From positions 9,114,001 to 9,178,000 of the forward strand of contig OZ249447.1 in assembly GCA_965235115.1 (NCBI GenBank): a DNA stretch of 64,000 nucleotides, read 5' to 3'. The translations under genes were made by a program, and so were the position numbers. Positions 1 to 12,913 of the stretch are shown here, in pieces. The notes under the pieces were generated by a model. The model saw only the letters and a list, made by a program, of their open reading frames with translations, was not told where the DNA came from and ran no database searches. The DNA is from Laetmonice hystrix. Taxonomy: Eukaryota. The first letter of the stretch is position 1. Every line of letters begins with the position of its first letter.

Positions 1-2167
1 CTTCCGTGAACCTAACTTATTGTGCCCTCATTCTCCACGAAATCCTTTCCAGCAATATAAGTGATTCAATAATGTACATGACAATTTCTGTAACAGTTAA
101 TCAAGATTCATTAGCGTCACTTGTATATTTTATTCTAAGGACGGTAAAACTGTAATACATTATAGTTACATTATGTTTACATGTACAGTCATATGAAATG
201 ACGTTATGTCATAAGTATATATTTTTTAAAACGGCCGTTTTGTTCATGTGTTGATAAACACATTGGATAATGACTTAAACAGGTTAAAGAATTTACATCA
301 AGCACTTCCGAATGCAGGAGAGTATATAAAAATGTGATAAAAATTCCTCTCTTCACTGCAAACTGTTTAGAACACATTACCTCTCGAGGTTCTAGCTGTA
401 TTGTCGTTTTTGAATAATGAAATCCAATTACAGAATAGGTAGAATATTTGTAGCTGTATATTTCTGGTCTTCACCGTTGTTAGGAGAAAATGGTTGCCTT
501 CCAACTACTACTACTGAGAATGAATGTAAAGAAAAGGTTTTCTTGTAGGTGCTTTGTAACAAATTGTACAACAGTTGAACTTTACTTCAGTGTACCTACT
601 TCAGCAACATCAAGTCGGATGTCAAACAGGATTTTGTAATTGTTTACTGGTTATAGTATGTAAGCCTATACGTCCAAGCTTAGAAGTGTCGCACTTTACT
701 TGAAATTGTGTTGGAGACGTCGAAGAGGCTGGATTGTGCCTACAACATGCGCTGACGTTATTTCATGTATGTGTTCGTTGCTGACGTCAGCCATTTCATA
801 GATGTTTTACGAGTCAAGTGTTTCAGTAGAATTGACCGACTTATTTTTTAATACGGGAAAGTGATTCTCGAGGTGGAATCCTCTCGAAGGAGACAGAATG
901 ACATAGAGCATACACGTAGTTCGGGTTATTATGGACTTAGTATGGGTCATTTTAAACACAGCTCTTGATATTTGCATCCAGGAGAGAGACAATGAAGGAT
1001 GTATGAAACAAGCCTACAGTGGAAACATACCAGAAATATATTTAGTTTATACTGCGGGTGGGGAACGATTGAAGGAATCTCACGACAGTACATACTATGG
1101 ACAGGATCATTACGATATATTGAGGCATACAGAGGCACCATAGTGAGGTTTGAAAGGTGTATTCTTACCTAGTCGGCTTCATGATAGTCCCCAAAATAGT
1201 CAAAGGAATATATTTTATGTTATAATTGAAAGAGTATACATTGTCAAATGACCTCGATAAGCGATGCGCCAGAATTTTTATTTATATCCGAGAAATGTTC
1301 TGTGTTCCTTATATCAATGTTCAATAAATATACACCTTTAAAAACACTTCAGCATAGCACGTGTCTTAAAGTTGTCATGCTGATTTGTGGTCCTCCGTTG
1401 AGGTCTGGTGTGCCTCCCCCCCCCCCCTTTTCTTTCCAGTGCCTACCAGTACTGCGGTTCAGTAATTGATGAGTACAATAAATATAGTCCGTGTAGATAT
1501 CCTAAATGTAGTCAGGTGTGCAACATCATCTTGCCACTGGTGCGATACCTTATATTTGACAATTTGATGCACATATAGTCATCTTTGACCTTAGCATACG
1601 TCATTGCACTTTGAAGTGAAATTGTATGAAAGGGAATGTATGTGTGCTATTAAAGTGAAATACCCATATATATATACAGATGTCAGTCTATTTGTTTCTC
1701 AAAACTAATCTCGTTTTAAGATAATAGTACACGACGGGATGATATAACACGTCTCATGTACGGATTTTTACCAAAAATTACACATTTATTAGGTTTGCCA
1801 AATAGCCTTTATTCAAGAACGCTATACATCTGTATCACCCACTGTCCACTCTTATGACAAAAAGAGGATCTTATTTCAGCCCATTACAGGCATGTATGTT
1901 GGTTTTGGCAAAATTATGACCAATAATTATGTGTATCTTTATGTGTAGCGTTGACACTATATTTACAAAAAAGATCTGATGCAGCCTACTTCCATGAGAA
2001 TGCATTACTTTTAGACTTAGTAATTTTTGGTTGCGGCAAAATATTGTTCTAACCGACTATGTACACAGTGCTTCACCAGGACACATGTCGAGTCCACAAA
2101 TAAAAGTGGCTACTACAAACATGTTGCCCTTAACAAAACTTGACAGATGTTGACACATAAAAAATGT

Positions 2168-4271
2168 TCAAATAATAATGTCTGTATCTCCAAGTTCCTC
2201 ATCTGATGGTAATTCCACCTTGTCCAGGCTGATCAGGTTAGGATCAACAAGGGGTAGTCCTTCCTTTTCACGCCGTGCTAGCTCCAGGTATGCTTCACGA
2301 CAGGCCCAATCACCCAGTCTAAAAAAGAAGATCATAATGATGTATGACGGATCATTTTTCAGGACATTTTAAATAAGAAAGTAGCTAAATATTGTGAATG
2401 TTAGCCTTTGTGAGAGACAATGCAGACTCGACCGTTAATACCTTTCAGGCCATAGCCTTTCTCAAGTTTCTGCTGTGTCCACCAGTAATTGGCTGCAAAC
2501 GTTTTGTCTAATTCTAGGCTGAATATATTACCTGTGATCAGGTTGATAGGCTAACACAAAGCCACCCCAGCAGATGCACACAGTGATGCCCATGAACAGC
2601 ACGGCAAAGTGGAGCAATTTATCCTCATCCTTGTCCACCAGGCTGTATCCAAACGAAATCCAGTTCTGAAATACAACACTCAACTCAGTCAACTCCTACG
2701 TGCTAGTTAATGTACACTCAACATGTGTAGAATTATAGTTGATTCGCCCCAGGTCGGTTTCAACCCGGGTCGGTTTCACGCCACAACCTAGTCAATTTGC
2801 CCCACTTTCGAAGTCGTTTCGCCCCACACTTGAAGTCGTTTCGCCCCATTCGATGATCTCGAAGTTCATTTGCCTCAACCTCTAGTCTAAGTTCGTTCAC
2901 CACACTGGAGCTTTTATAGTTAGGCCTAGTTATTACAAGGGTTCATACATACAGTATACTTGTTATAGGCAGGCAAGTTAAGGCCAACACACACACTGCG
3001 ACTGCTTGCAACTCCTTGCGACGCGACCGTCGTGACCCAGTTTTTCACCCCAGCTCCTCTACACAGGACGGAATGGAGTCTTGCGACAGTCGCAGAGGTT
3101 CTGGCACTGTCAGAACGTCTGCGACCGTCGCAGGCCACTCATTGCCATAGCGACAGACCGTCGTGCGACGAGTAATCACAGTGTTTGTGTTGGCCTTTAA
3201 ACTCCCACCAGGCCGCGGGGAGGAAGGAGCGGGCCGGGCCAGGACGTCCCGGCACCCGTTCGAAGGGTCGGGCGCCAGTCAGGGTCGGAAGCGGGGCCTG
3301 GGCGGGCCTGGGTTGGCCTGGTGGAGCGGGGCAGGCCAGTTGCCTGTGGGCAGGTGGCTGCGGCGGGGGCCGTGTAGGTCGGGAGCCCGGTAAAGACAGC
3401 GCCCGCCCCAGTTGCGGGCTCACTATTTCTAGGCGAACCCGCCTAGGCTACACGGTAGCAGGCACGGTGGGCCTAGGCCTACAGCTGGTAGTTATTGGCT
3501 CGCTCCCAGCTGGCCCAGTCTGGACTGGGGCATAAGACTTTCCGAGTGGGGCGAATCGTCTTTCCGAGTGGGGCGAATTGACCGGGGCGAATCGCAAATG
3601 GGGCGAATAGACCATCTACGATGTGTAGGCCTACCCAACAACTTCTGTTTTCAACAAACCTTAACTTTACAACTTATACAAAATAGCCAACAATCAGTGA
3701 TCAGCTGGTAGATAGGATATCATACTGATGAAATAACCTTGACTATAAACTGAAGTGAAGCCTTCTTTTCTAATCTTTAATCTTCATCTTACTTAGTGAG
3801 TCCTTACCTTAGGCTTAGCCTAGGCTTAGCTTAGTTAGGCAAGTAATAGAATAAACATTTACTTCGCTCAGTGATACTTGGGTCTCAAATCTAGTTCACA
3901 TATCACTTTAAAGTCAAAAGTCAGCATGGGCAGACTGTCAATATTATTATAGCCTAATATAGGCCTTACTAATTTAAAACTGTCAAACAAAATTGCGAGC
4001 GCAGCACAGGGCATGCACTGATGCTGATGCCCGATGCAGGGGTCATGTTCCAACGTGAGAGTTGACGTACCTCGTCCCGTTCTTGCAAGGGTACCTTTTC
4101 CTTTAATTCTGGCGAATTCTGCACGGCTTCTGGTAAGGTCGCAGAATCTGTGTTTTTCTTTGATGTTGATATTAAAGAACAGGGCTGGGCCAAACGCTGC
4201 TGACGTGCTAAATGAGAGGTCCAAGTTCGGCATCCTTGGAGCCGAGCAGCTAACCTGACAAACGACGCCAT
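2168..4271 (-). CDS. NDUFB11: NADH dehydrogenase 1 beta subcomplex subunit 11 (ESSS/NP15.6), 3 coding exons: 4271-4071, 2665-2532, 2318-2168
   Basis: Phase-consistent GT-AG splicing gives MASFVRLAARLQ...QERDE / NWISFGYSLVDKDEDKLLHFAVLFMGITVCICWGGFVLAYQPDHR / LGDWACREAYLELARREKEGLPLVDPNLISLDKVELPSDEELGDTDIII*. It has an Arg-rich mitochondrial presequence, one TM helix, and the AYxPD..W..REA and ELPSDEELGDTxIII motifs of invertebrate ESSS subunits. Confidence 0.93.
2736..3618. mobile_element. Non-autonomous DNA-transposon-like insertion in NDUFB11 intron 1 (superfamily not assigned)
   Basis: Several TTCGCCCC copies at the left end (2743-2850) mirror several GGGGCGAA copies at the right end (3546-3608). 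The interior is GC-rich in an AT-rich intron. Exact ends are approximate. Confidence 0.6.
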
Positions 4272-4862
4272 CTTGGATTCTGAGACGGAGGTTCCTTATT
4301 CGTGCGTTATTCTGGTACTATTCACATATATCATAACAGAAATTATCTTGCGATATTTGACCTGTACAAAAGATATTTACCTTGTAAAAAATTATATTTA
4401 TTATAAAAACGTAGATGTCTGGTCTAACAGAAAATAGTAGAGGGCTTTGATCTAGGCTAACTTTCTCTTGATCATTATCTAGTTCCTAAATTTATCACTA
4501 GAGGGAATGGCAGGTTTTGGGCTTAGGCCTACCTTTAGGATGTAATTCATTAAGCCTATATTTGAATAGTGTATTTAATAAATCTGTAAATATTTAAAGG
4601 GATTTATAAATGACCACTGACTTGCTGTCTTCTGCTGTCTGCTGGCCTAGTCTAATTTATCTAATTTTATGGCTTGTGTGTCATGAGCTTTTCTCTAAAC
4701 GGCAATTCTTCATTGCGGGCAGAAACAGGTATGGCGGCAAATGAGTATGTTTTGGCCTGTCTGCAGACAAGAAATTACTGCAAAAGTCCCCAAAGTGACC
4801 CAAACTATTGTGTTTGGCCCTCACAGAGTCATTTTCTATGAGAGGTTACTTGGTTACATACA
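4272..4862. promoter_or_regulatory. Bidirectional promoter region NDUFB11/ATRIP
   Basis: Divergent start codons at 4271 (-) and 4863 (+) are 591 bp apart. CAG|GTATGG at about 4727 may be a 5' UTR exon donor. Confidence 0.6.
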
Positions 4863-7800
4863 ATGGCTGCAAATCCATTATTTAATGCTGTCGGTCCCAG
4901 GAAATCGTCCCGTCTCGTAGCCGGAGATGGGCCAGACACCCCCGGTCGCCCGACTCGGGTGTCACCGAGTGGTCCCACTCACAGACACAGTGAGTCTGGT
5001 ACTAGTAGTAGTACAAGTAGGCCTGGTATCGGTCGTGATAGCCTGCTTTGCAAAGCCCCCAAACCGGAGTGTAAACAGTCTCGTCCTCTGTCCCTTCAAA
5101 CCCCTCAAGGCCAAGCCCAAGGTAACATTGTCATGGCAGAACTCGTAGAACGAGAAGGTCCAAACACAAAAGTTAAGAGTAAGACTAAGTTTCAGTATCC
5201 ATCTCCAAGACAAAAGGCAAAAGATGAGGAACCACCAGATAAAAGACGTCGAACTGATAACCAAAAGCCCGTGTCAGCTAATCCAGTAATGCATCAGCCA
5301 AGTGATGATCTCTGGGATGATGATTATTTTGATTTCATGACAGAAGATCAATTTGAGAATATTGATCAAGCCATTGCTCTTTCCCAGCAAGTAAATGTAG
5401 CAAGTAGAGAACCTGCATATAACGTCTGCAGCAGTAGAAAGCAGACATTGGCTTGCCGAGCTGTTGGTCGGGGTATGGGCCGCAGCCATTCAGCAGGTGA
5501 GGTAGTACAGAAGAATCATCAGAAGGTACAGAAGAAAGTCATGCAAACGGAAGGGATAAACTCAGTGGATGAAAACTTGCAGAGGTCCAAACATCCAAGG
5601 GGCTCGGCCTCCTCGTCTGCAATATCAGAAACCACTCGGTCTGTTGCTTACAACAAATTGTCATCCAGTACCGTTCCAAAGTCTTCTACATCCAAACAAA
5701 GTGGCAGTAAAGAATTACAGCCCAAGGTGCCTACCGGTGGTGCAGTTTCAACAAAATCGCAGCTCACACCTACAGCAGGAACAACCTGCAGTGGCCAGTT
5801 CTCACCAGCTTTACCAGGAGGCGGAGGAGGTCATGGTAGAACTGAATTTTCTGACATTCTGCAGAGTAGAATTAAACAATTAACGGAAGAAACCGACAAC
5901 AACAAACAAGAGGTACGGAGAGATTGGTTCCATATATTTAAGAAAGTTGTATGAATGTTAAGTAATATTATTAGGCATAAAAATTAGAGGGATTATACAT
6001 TGATGTAGTGTAACTGGTCCTTGAAAATGATATTTTTATTTGATTTCTTTAATTCTGTGCCAACCACCTCATATATGATTTTTGTTTTTGGAACAGATTA
6101 AAAAACTAACGGCTATTGTGTTGAACAAAGATGGACAAATCAAAAATTTGCGCACTTCACTTCATGAAAAGGATGCTGAAAATTTAGCAAGGAAGCAAGA
6201 GAAAATAGAGTTTCTTGAGAAGCAGGCAATACGTGAATCTGAGCGAGATAAACTTTTTGAAAAGGAAGTTGAGAGATTTAAAACTCAACTACAGTTCAAA
6301 GAACAGGATATAGTGGAGCTACAAGGCCGTTGTAAATGGTTCGAAAAATTGAAGAATGTTGCCAATAGTCAGTCTCCAAGTCGCCCGGGTCAAGGCTGCC
6401 TACAGGCTGGTCAGAGCCCAAGAGCGAGAGTAGATCAGAAGTCACCAAGAACATCGAAGGGCAACTTCCCAAGTGGGGTCACATTCATGGCAGATGAATG
6501 CACTCCCAAAAGCAAGTCTTCCCAAAAAGGCACATCGACACCTCAGCTGGATAAAGGTTAGTGAAATATAGAACTTCACAGGTATTGAACAATCAAAAGT
6601 GTTAATTTTCCATAGATTTTGTAAGTTTTCTTCATTAAGCATCTGCATCAAGTAAGAATGTAATATCAAAATACATGAGGCCTAATATTATCACTTCCAT
6701 TGCTGGCCTAAAGTATTGCAGTCGTGTATCATATTTGAGGAAAAAGGGACGGTATCTTTTAGAGGTTATGTATAACTGACTGCAAATAGGGATTTTTTAT
6801 TGAACCACATTTCTATGTATGAATGATGTTTTTTTTAACTAGCTGAGACCGCACAAAGAACAGAAGGAGAAATCCAGGGCCCCAAAGCCAAGAGTCCTAA
6901 CCCTTGGCCCTGCGTTAAAGTACATATACCAAACTCAAGGGGTCTGTACCAAAATCTGATTCCATTCATTATAGAGCCTCAAAATCAAGAAGAAAGACAT
7001 ATTTTTTTGGATGTAATATTAATCATAATTTGTCAAGAGTAAGAAACATTGAGAAAATCTTGAGCACTTGAATATAATGTTTGATTTTCTTGACCTTTAG
7101 CGAAACTTAACCACTTGCCCATGGATTGAGTATAAAAATGCATGCATTAAAGTTCCATTCCAACAGGTGAGATATGTACAGGATCTGCTTACCTGTGTAA
7201 TATGTAATTAGTAAAAACACATTTTTTACAGAATTATCCCTGCTTGGCTTAACCAAGTAAAAAGTAATCCAACGGGCAAGTGGTTAAGAGTTTGAAAAAT
7301 GTCTGAAAGGACACATTGCAACTTCCTAATGCAACTTCTTGTTTGAAGACATAGAGATATGAAGTCTGTCAACTGTTTACAATATAGGTCACATGCATGG
7401 GCCTCGGATGATGGGCAAGATGTTGGCAGAACACTCAAAAATAGGGACAGCCCATCCTCAGGGCATCATGGGTTTGCTGCAGGTGCCCCCAAAACATCAA
7501 GACCTTCAGGAGCTTGGTCTTCACAGAGACATGGTCACCCACACTTTCTCCCCAGCCAAGACAAAAAGGCATGCATTTTATTTTGATCCTTGAATAAGTA
7601 AATGATTTTGACCAAAAGCATTTTTACAGATTCAAAACTGTTGCAGATTTAGCAGATTAGTTCGATTTTTTAGACCTCTACAAGATGTAGTACTAGCTAG
7701 TTATTACATATTACAACTTATTGCCTTGTTTCAGAGTTTTGTCATAACTCATGAAGACAAATAACATTATTATTAAGAAACCCAAACTGTAGCAATTGAG

Positions 7801-10800
7801 GCCATCTTTAATTATAGGATTAGGCTTTATGCAGTACTTTCTGACGGATGAGTTGAACATTGGCAGGTGGATACAAAACATGCAGACATATAGCCCTGTG
7901 ATGTCACGACAACAGTGTGGTGGCCCAGTTGTCCCTGAGGATCACTATAAAATGGCTCTTCATGCAGTGGCGTCACTTCTCCAAGGAGACCTCGGCAGCC
8001 ATGATCCCATTGACGTACTTTCTAGTAGCACCGACGAGGCGGTGCTGCTCCTTCCTGCAATAGAGAACTACTTGTCTCACTACCTCCACCTGGTGAGGGC
8101 TGCTGGAGAAGTGCGGTCACCATCTCAGATCAGCTCCATACAAAGCTCTTCAATAGAGGGTTCCATTGAGTCAGTGACAAGCCAACTGAGGATGTTGATG
8201 TCGGATGGTGCCACCTATGCCAATCACATAGAGAGGTGTGCTCTCAACGGGCTGTGGATGCTACGGGTTTTGGTGGAGAACAGTGGAAAGGTGAGAGAGA
8301 CACTGATGGGAACTGTTGAATGTGCCATAAACAAAACGACAGCGAGCACTGCTGATTCCAGCCAGACTCTGACTGCACAAACTTCTGGGTCCCAGCAAAC
8401 AACATCACGAGGAAACAAGGTGAGAGATTAGGTGTTATTTATAAACAACAGGAAATTGGCATCAATAGCTCATTGTATGTCAAATATAGCAAACTAGGAA
8501 CAGATTACTGTATTATTTTGATTATGTGTTGATTCATTGATCATAATGATATAATGTCATTGATATGTCATGTCTAAATGTGGTGTCTAAATACATAAAC
8601 ATTTAAAATAGGAGTCTGGCCAGTCAAAGGAACGGCCAGGGACTCCAGGCCAGATTCATTGATCATTAAATATAACGTTATTGATATGTCATGTCTAAAT
8701 GTGGTGTCTAAATTTATAAACATTTAGGAGTCGGGCCAGTCAAAGGAACAGCCAGGGACTCCAGGCCAAAACACATTGAAAGGTGAAGAGGTTATTCCAG
8801 TTCCCAATTCAACACCAGATGGAGCCACCAGTGGTAGAGAGCCGACTCAGCCCATGAGTAGAACAGCCATTCAGCTGAGTATTGGCCGGGTGGTCCGAGA
8901 GACTCAACTACTTACAGTGCTCATGCGGCTAGCAAACCCAGTTATTTCAAATGTAAGTAGCCTCAGCAGAGCAACAAAAATAATGCTATTCAATCTCTTA
9001 GAAGTTATCAGAGAAAGGTTTTACTAGTACACCTTTTTCATGAATATATCATTTGGAAATATGGTAACATCTTCATTTTTATCCCATTTACTCTCCCTTA
9101 AAAAATGATTTGGTTAGGGAGAGAGCTTCCTAAGTAGGCATTTCAGTGAATTGAAGTAATATATATGTTGCTTGGCAGGGTCAGACTGCCTGTGCAGAGG
9201 TGGTTGAGTTATCCTTCAAAATATTGGCTGTGCTGGGTGCTAGGTGTTCACCATCCCAGATAATCAGGTGAGTTCTACAATCACAGACATACTCATGGGA
9301 ATGTAGTAAACTTATGTCAGAAAAGTAAGATGTTGGCATTGCCAGTGTAAAAAAAAACTCATGCCTTGCTGAATAATTTTTTTTATGGTCTTTCTAATTG
9401 CCTAATCAACATGGCGTTCAGTGTGTTCTTACCAAGGTGTGCCACATTTTCTGAAACATCTGCTATAACCTGAGTTGGTTTGTTCTCAGACTCGAGCCAC
9501 TTCTTCGACAAGAAACATTGCTGAATTGTCTACAGGAGGACACAACTTCAGGCACGGAGCGACGATTGGGATACCACCTGGCAGCAGTTACCATGCTCTC
9601 AGTGCTGAGTCGATCCCCAGATATTCTACCCAAGTTTTGTACATCCTCAGGTGAGTGAAAGGAAGACCAGCGTGGTAGTAGCAGTTTTCACTGCAAGCTC
9701 TTCACTAATTGGCGTGAATATTCGCATCAATTTATTTTTATTGGCACTGATATTCAGCCGATAGTTTTTACTGTACATGTATTTGTAAAGTTTGGTGATC
9801 ATGTGTGTGTGTGGTAGGCACACTTTTGTGAATGGTTAGTTGTGGATGGTGTGATCAGTTAGTTGTGGATGGTGTGATCAGTTAGTTGTGGATGGTGTGA
9901 TCAGTTAGTTGTGGATGGTGTGATCAGTTAGTTGTGGATGGTGTGATCAGTTAGTTGTGGATGGTGTGATCAGTTAGTTGTGGATGGTGTGATCAGTGAT
10001 CAGTTAGTTGTGGATGGTGTGATCGGTTAGTTGTGGATGGTGTGATCGGTTAGTTGTGGATGGTGTGATCGGTTAGTTGTGGACGGTGTGATCAGTTAGT
10101 TGTGGATGGTGGGATCGGTTAGTTGTGGATGGTGTGATCAGTTAGTTGTGGATGGTGTGATCAGTTGTGGATGGTGTGATCGGTTAGTTGTGGATGGTGT
10201 GATCAGTTAGTTGTGGATGGTGTGATCGGTTAGTTGTGGATGGTGTGATCGGTTAGTTGTGGATGGTGTGATCGGTTAGTTGTGTATGGTGTGATCGGTT
10301 AGTTGTGGATGGTGTGATCAGTTAGTTGTGGATGGTGTGATTGGTTAGTTGTGGATGGTGCGATCAGTTAGTTGTGGATGGTGTGATCAGTTAGTTGTGG
10401 ATGGTGCGATCAGTTAGTTGTGGATGGTGTGATCGGTTAGTTGTGGATGGTGTGATCAGTTAGTTGTGGATGGTGTGATCGGTTAGTTGTGGATGGTGCG
10501 ATCAGTTAGTTGTGGATGGTGCGATCAGTTAGTTGTGGATGGTGTGATCAGTGATCAGTTAGTTGTGGATGGTGTGATTGGTTAGTTGTGGATGGTGTGA
10601 TCAGTTAGTTGTGGATGGTGTGATCAGTTAGTTGTGGATGGTGTGATCGGTTAGTTGTGGATGGTGTGATCAGTTAGTTGTGGATGGTGTGATCGGTTAG
10701 TTGTGGATGGTGTGATCAGTTAGTTGTGGATGGTGTGATCAGTTAGTTGTGGATGGTGTGATCAGTTAGTTGTGGATGGTGTGATCAGTTAGTTGTGGAT

Positions 10801-12913
10801 GGTGTGATCAGTTAGTTGTGGATGGTGTGATCAGTTAGTTGTGGATGGTGTGATCGGTTAGTTGTGGATGGTGTGATCAGTTAGTTGTGGATGGTGTGAT
10901 CAGTTAGTTGTGGATGGTGTGATCGGTTAGTTGTGGATGGTGTGATCGGTTAGTTGTGGATGGTGTGATCAGTTAGTTGTGGATGGTGTGATCAGTTAGT
11001 TGTGGATGGTGTGATCAGTTAGTTGTGGATGGTGTGATCGGTTAGTTGTGGATGGTGTGATCGGTTAGTTGTGGATGGTGTGATCAGTTAGTTGTGGATA
11101 GTGTGATCAGTTAGTTGTGGATGGTGTGATCAGTTAGTTGTGGATGGTGTGATCGGTTTGTTGTGGATGGTGTGATCGGTTTGTTGTGGGTGGTGTGATC
11201 AGTTAGTTGTGGATGGTGTGATCAGTTAGTTGTGGATGGTGTGATCAGTTAGTTGTGGATGGTGTGATCAGTTAGTTGTGGATGGTGTGATCAGTTAGTT
11301 GTGGATGGTGTGATCGGTTAGTTGTGGATGGTGTGATCAGTTAGTTGTGGTTGGTGTGATCAGTTAGTTGTGGATGGTGTGATCAGTTAGTTGTGAATGG
11401 TGTGATCAGTTAGTTGTGGATGGTGCGATCAGTTAGTTGTGGATGGTGTGATCAGTTAGTTGTGGATGGTGTGATCAGTTAGTTGTGGATGGTGTGATCA
11501 GTTAGTTGTGGATGGTGTGATCAGTTAGTTGTGGATGGTGTGATCGGTTAGTTGTGGATGGTGTGATCGGTTAGTTGTGGATGGTGTGATCGGTTAGTTG
11601 TGGATGGTGTGATCGGTTAGTTGTGGATGGTGTGATCAGTTAGTTGTGATGTGGTGGGTTTACTGTGGTCTGACTGTTGTTGTTTTGAGTGTTTGACACT
11701 GGTTGACGTTGTAGAGAGCTGCGTGCTGCTAGCAGTGTACAGCCTGAGCTCAGCCATCCAGTTCACAGTGCCTGCCCATCAAAGGCTGCAGCTCAACCTC
11801 AAGGTCAGTCACTCTGCTCATTCAGGCTTGTCACGTTGAGGTGATTTCTCATTTAATATTAATGATATATTTGATTTAGAAATGTATTTTCTTTTGTTTG
11901 TGTTTATGGAATGGGTCAAGTCCACGTCAAGACCTAGGCGCAGTGCCAGTTCTACCTTAGAGCATGCCAAGATTGAGCAAATAATTCAAAATTCTATAAT
12001 ATTACACAGACACAAGCCCCATTAAAACATTGTAGAGACCACAATAAGACTGTTGTATTGCAGATTGTTCAATTTATCAGTCAAAATGCTGTAATTAGAC
12101 TTGTATTGCAGATCATTCAGCTTATCTCAGACTTGATGACACTTAGTACCAAGGGTCAGTCACTGGTGTTGCAGTCGGACTGTCAGTGCAGTGTTAATGT
12201 AAGTAATTTATGCCACTCAGTAAGAATGGGTATTAATTTAGATCGATGCTAAGATTGTTTTGAAGTATCTAAAAGTGGTATTTAGAAAGGAATAGAAATG
12301 TTATATATATATGTTATTTTATGCCATTCTTAATGTCTATATGACAATCATAAGGCCTCATGGCTCGCCTAGGTTTATTTGCAGTAATTGTTTCTCCTGA
12401 ATACTCATATGGTATATTTTCCACATTATTGTGTTTGTTCAGGTTGTGAAAACTGTGATTCTCCTGCTGCACGAGGAACTACAGGAATACCGGAGACAGA
12501 GGGCACCAGCTGCACTCAACTTCCTCCGGCAAGGTATAAGTCTCCTTCACATGATGGCGCTACCTGACGGCCTCTTCACACAGCACCGGCGAGAGGTGGA
12601 AGATCGATACGTTGAACTGGTCATCGGCATTGACAACATATTCAGGGAGTCCAAAGGCATTTCTGAACATGAATGTAAGTGTTTTGAGTGGTTTAATTTG
12701 GTAACACAGTGCCATTGTCTTTAGAAACCTGAAGAGGTGATAGACTAAGAGAAATGTCCAACTTTGTCACTCATCTCTTCACCCTTCACTGGTGGTTTTT
12801 CAGTGGATGGCCTGCAGGTGCTGTGGGACTTCGAGTTTGACTACCCAGGCGGTACTCATGATGGAGACGATGGAGGTGAAAGTGGCGAGGGTAATGCAGA
12901 CACCATGTCGTAA
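4863..12913 (+). CDS. ATRIP: ATR-interacting protein. Exons 4863-5912, 6097-6556, unresolved exons at about 6844-7480, 7835-8419, 8728-8952, 9179-9267, 9490-9650, 11715-11803, 12442-12674, 12804-12913
   Basis: Acidic motif DDLWDDD..IDQAIALSQ, coiled coil NKDGQIKNLRTSLHE...FKTQLQFKEQDIVEL, and helical C-terminus ESCVLLAVYSL / VVKTVILLLH..RQGISLLH..LFTQH all resemble recalled vertebrate ATRIP. Splice phases are consistent except for the junctions between 6.56 and 7.83 kb. Confidence 0.85.
8535..8768 (+). repeat. 116-bp tandem duplication spanning an ATRIP 3' splice site
   Basis: Two similar copies of ATTCATTGATCAT...GTCTAAATGTGGTGTCTAAAT...TAG|GAGTCxGGCCAGTCAAAGGAAC..CCAGGGACTCCAGGCCA, with acceptor AGs at 8610-8611 and 8726-8727. 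Confidence 0.9.
9835..11648 (+). repeat. 23-bp minisatellite, about 79 copies, in an ATRIP intron
   Basis: Unit GTTAGTTGTGGATGGTGTGATC(A/G) repeats head to tail with rare substitutions and small indels. There are no unique spacers. Confidence 0.98.

Noticed and set aside
521-538. miR-1-like sequence TGAATGTAAAGAAAAGG
   Set aside because: The seed and 3' half differ from miR-1, and no flanking hairpin is evident.
2926-3535. ORFs 2926-3535 as NDUFB11 exon 1 or separate genes
   Set aside because: They lie in a GC-rich repeat interior. The exon at 4271-4071 has the presequence, a consensus donor and the right phase.
3805-3842. Interstitial telomere-like TTAGGC repeats
   Set aside because: Only a few degenerate copies, in a genome where TAGGCCTA-like words are pervasive.
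7153-7166. 14-nt ATRIP microexon
   Set aside because: It would reconcile reading phases, but the acceptor lacks a pyrimidine tract and other splice paths are possible. Left unresolved.
9835-11648. CRISPR array
   Set aside because: The units are contiguous with no unique spacers, there are no cas genes, and it lies in a spliceosomal intron.
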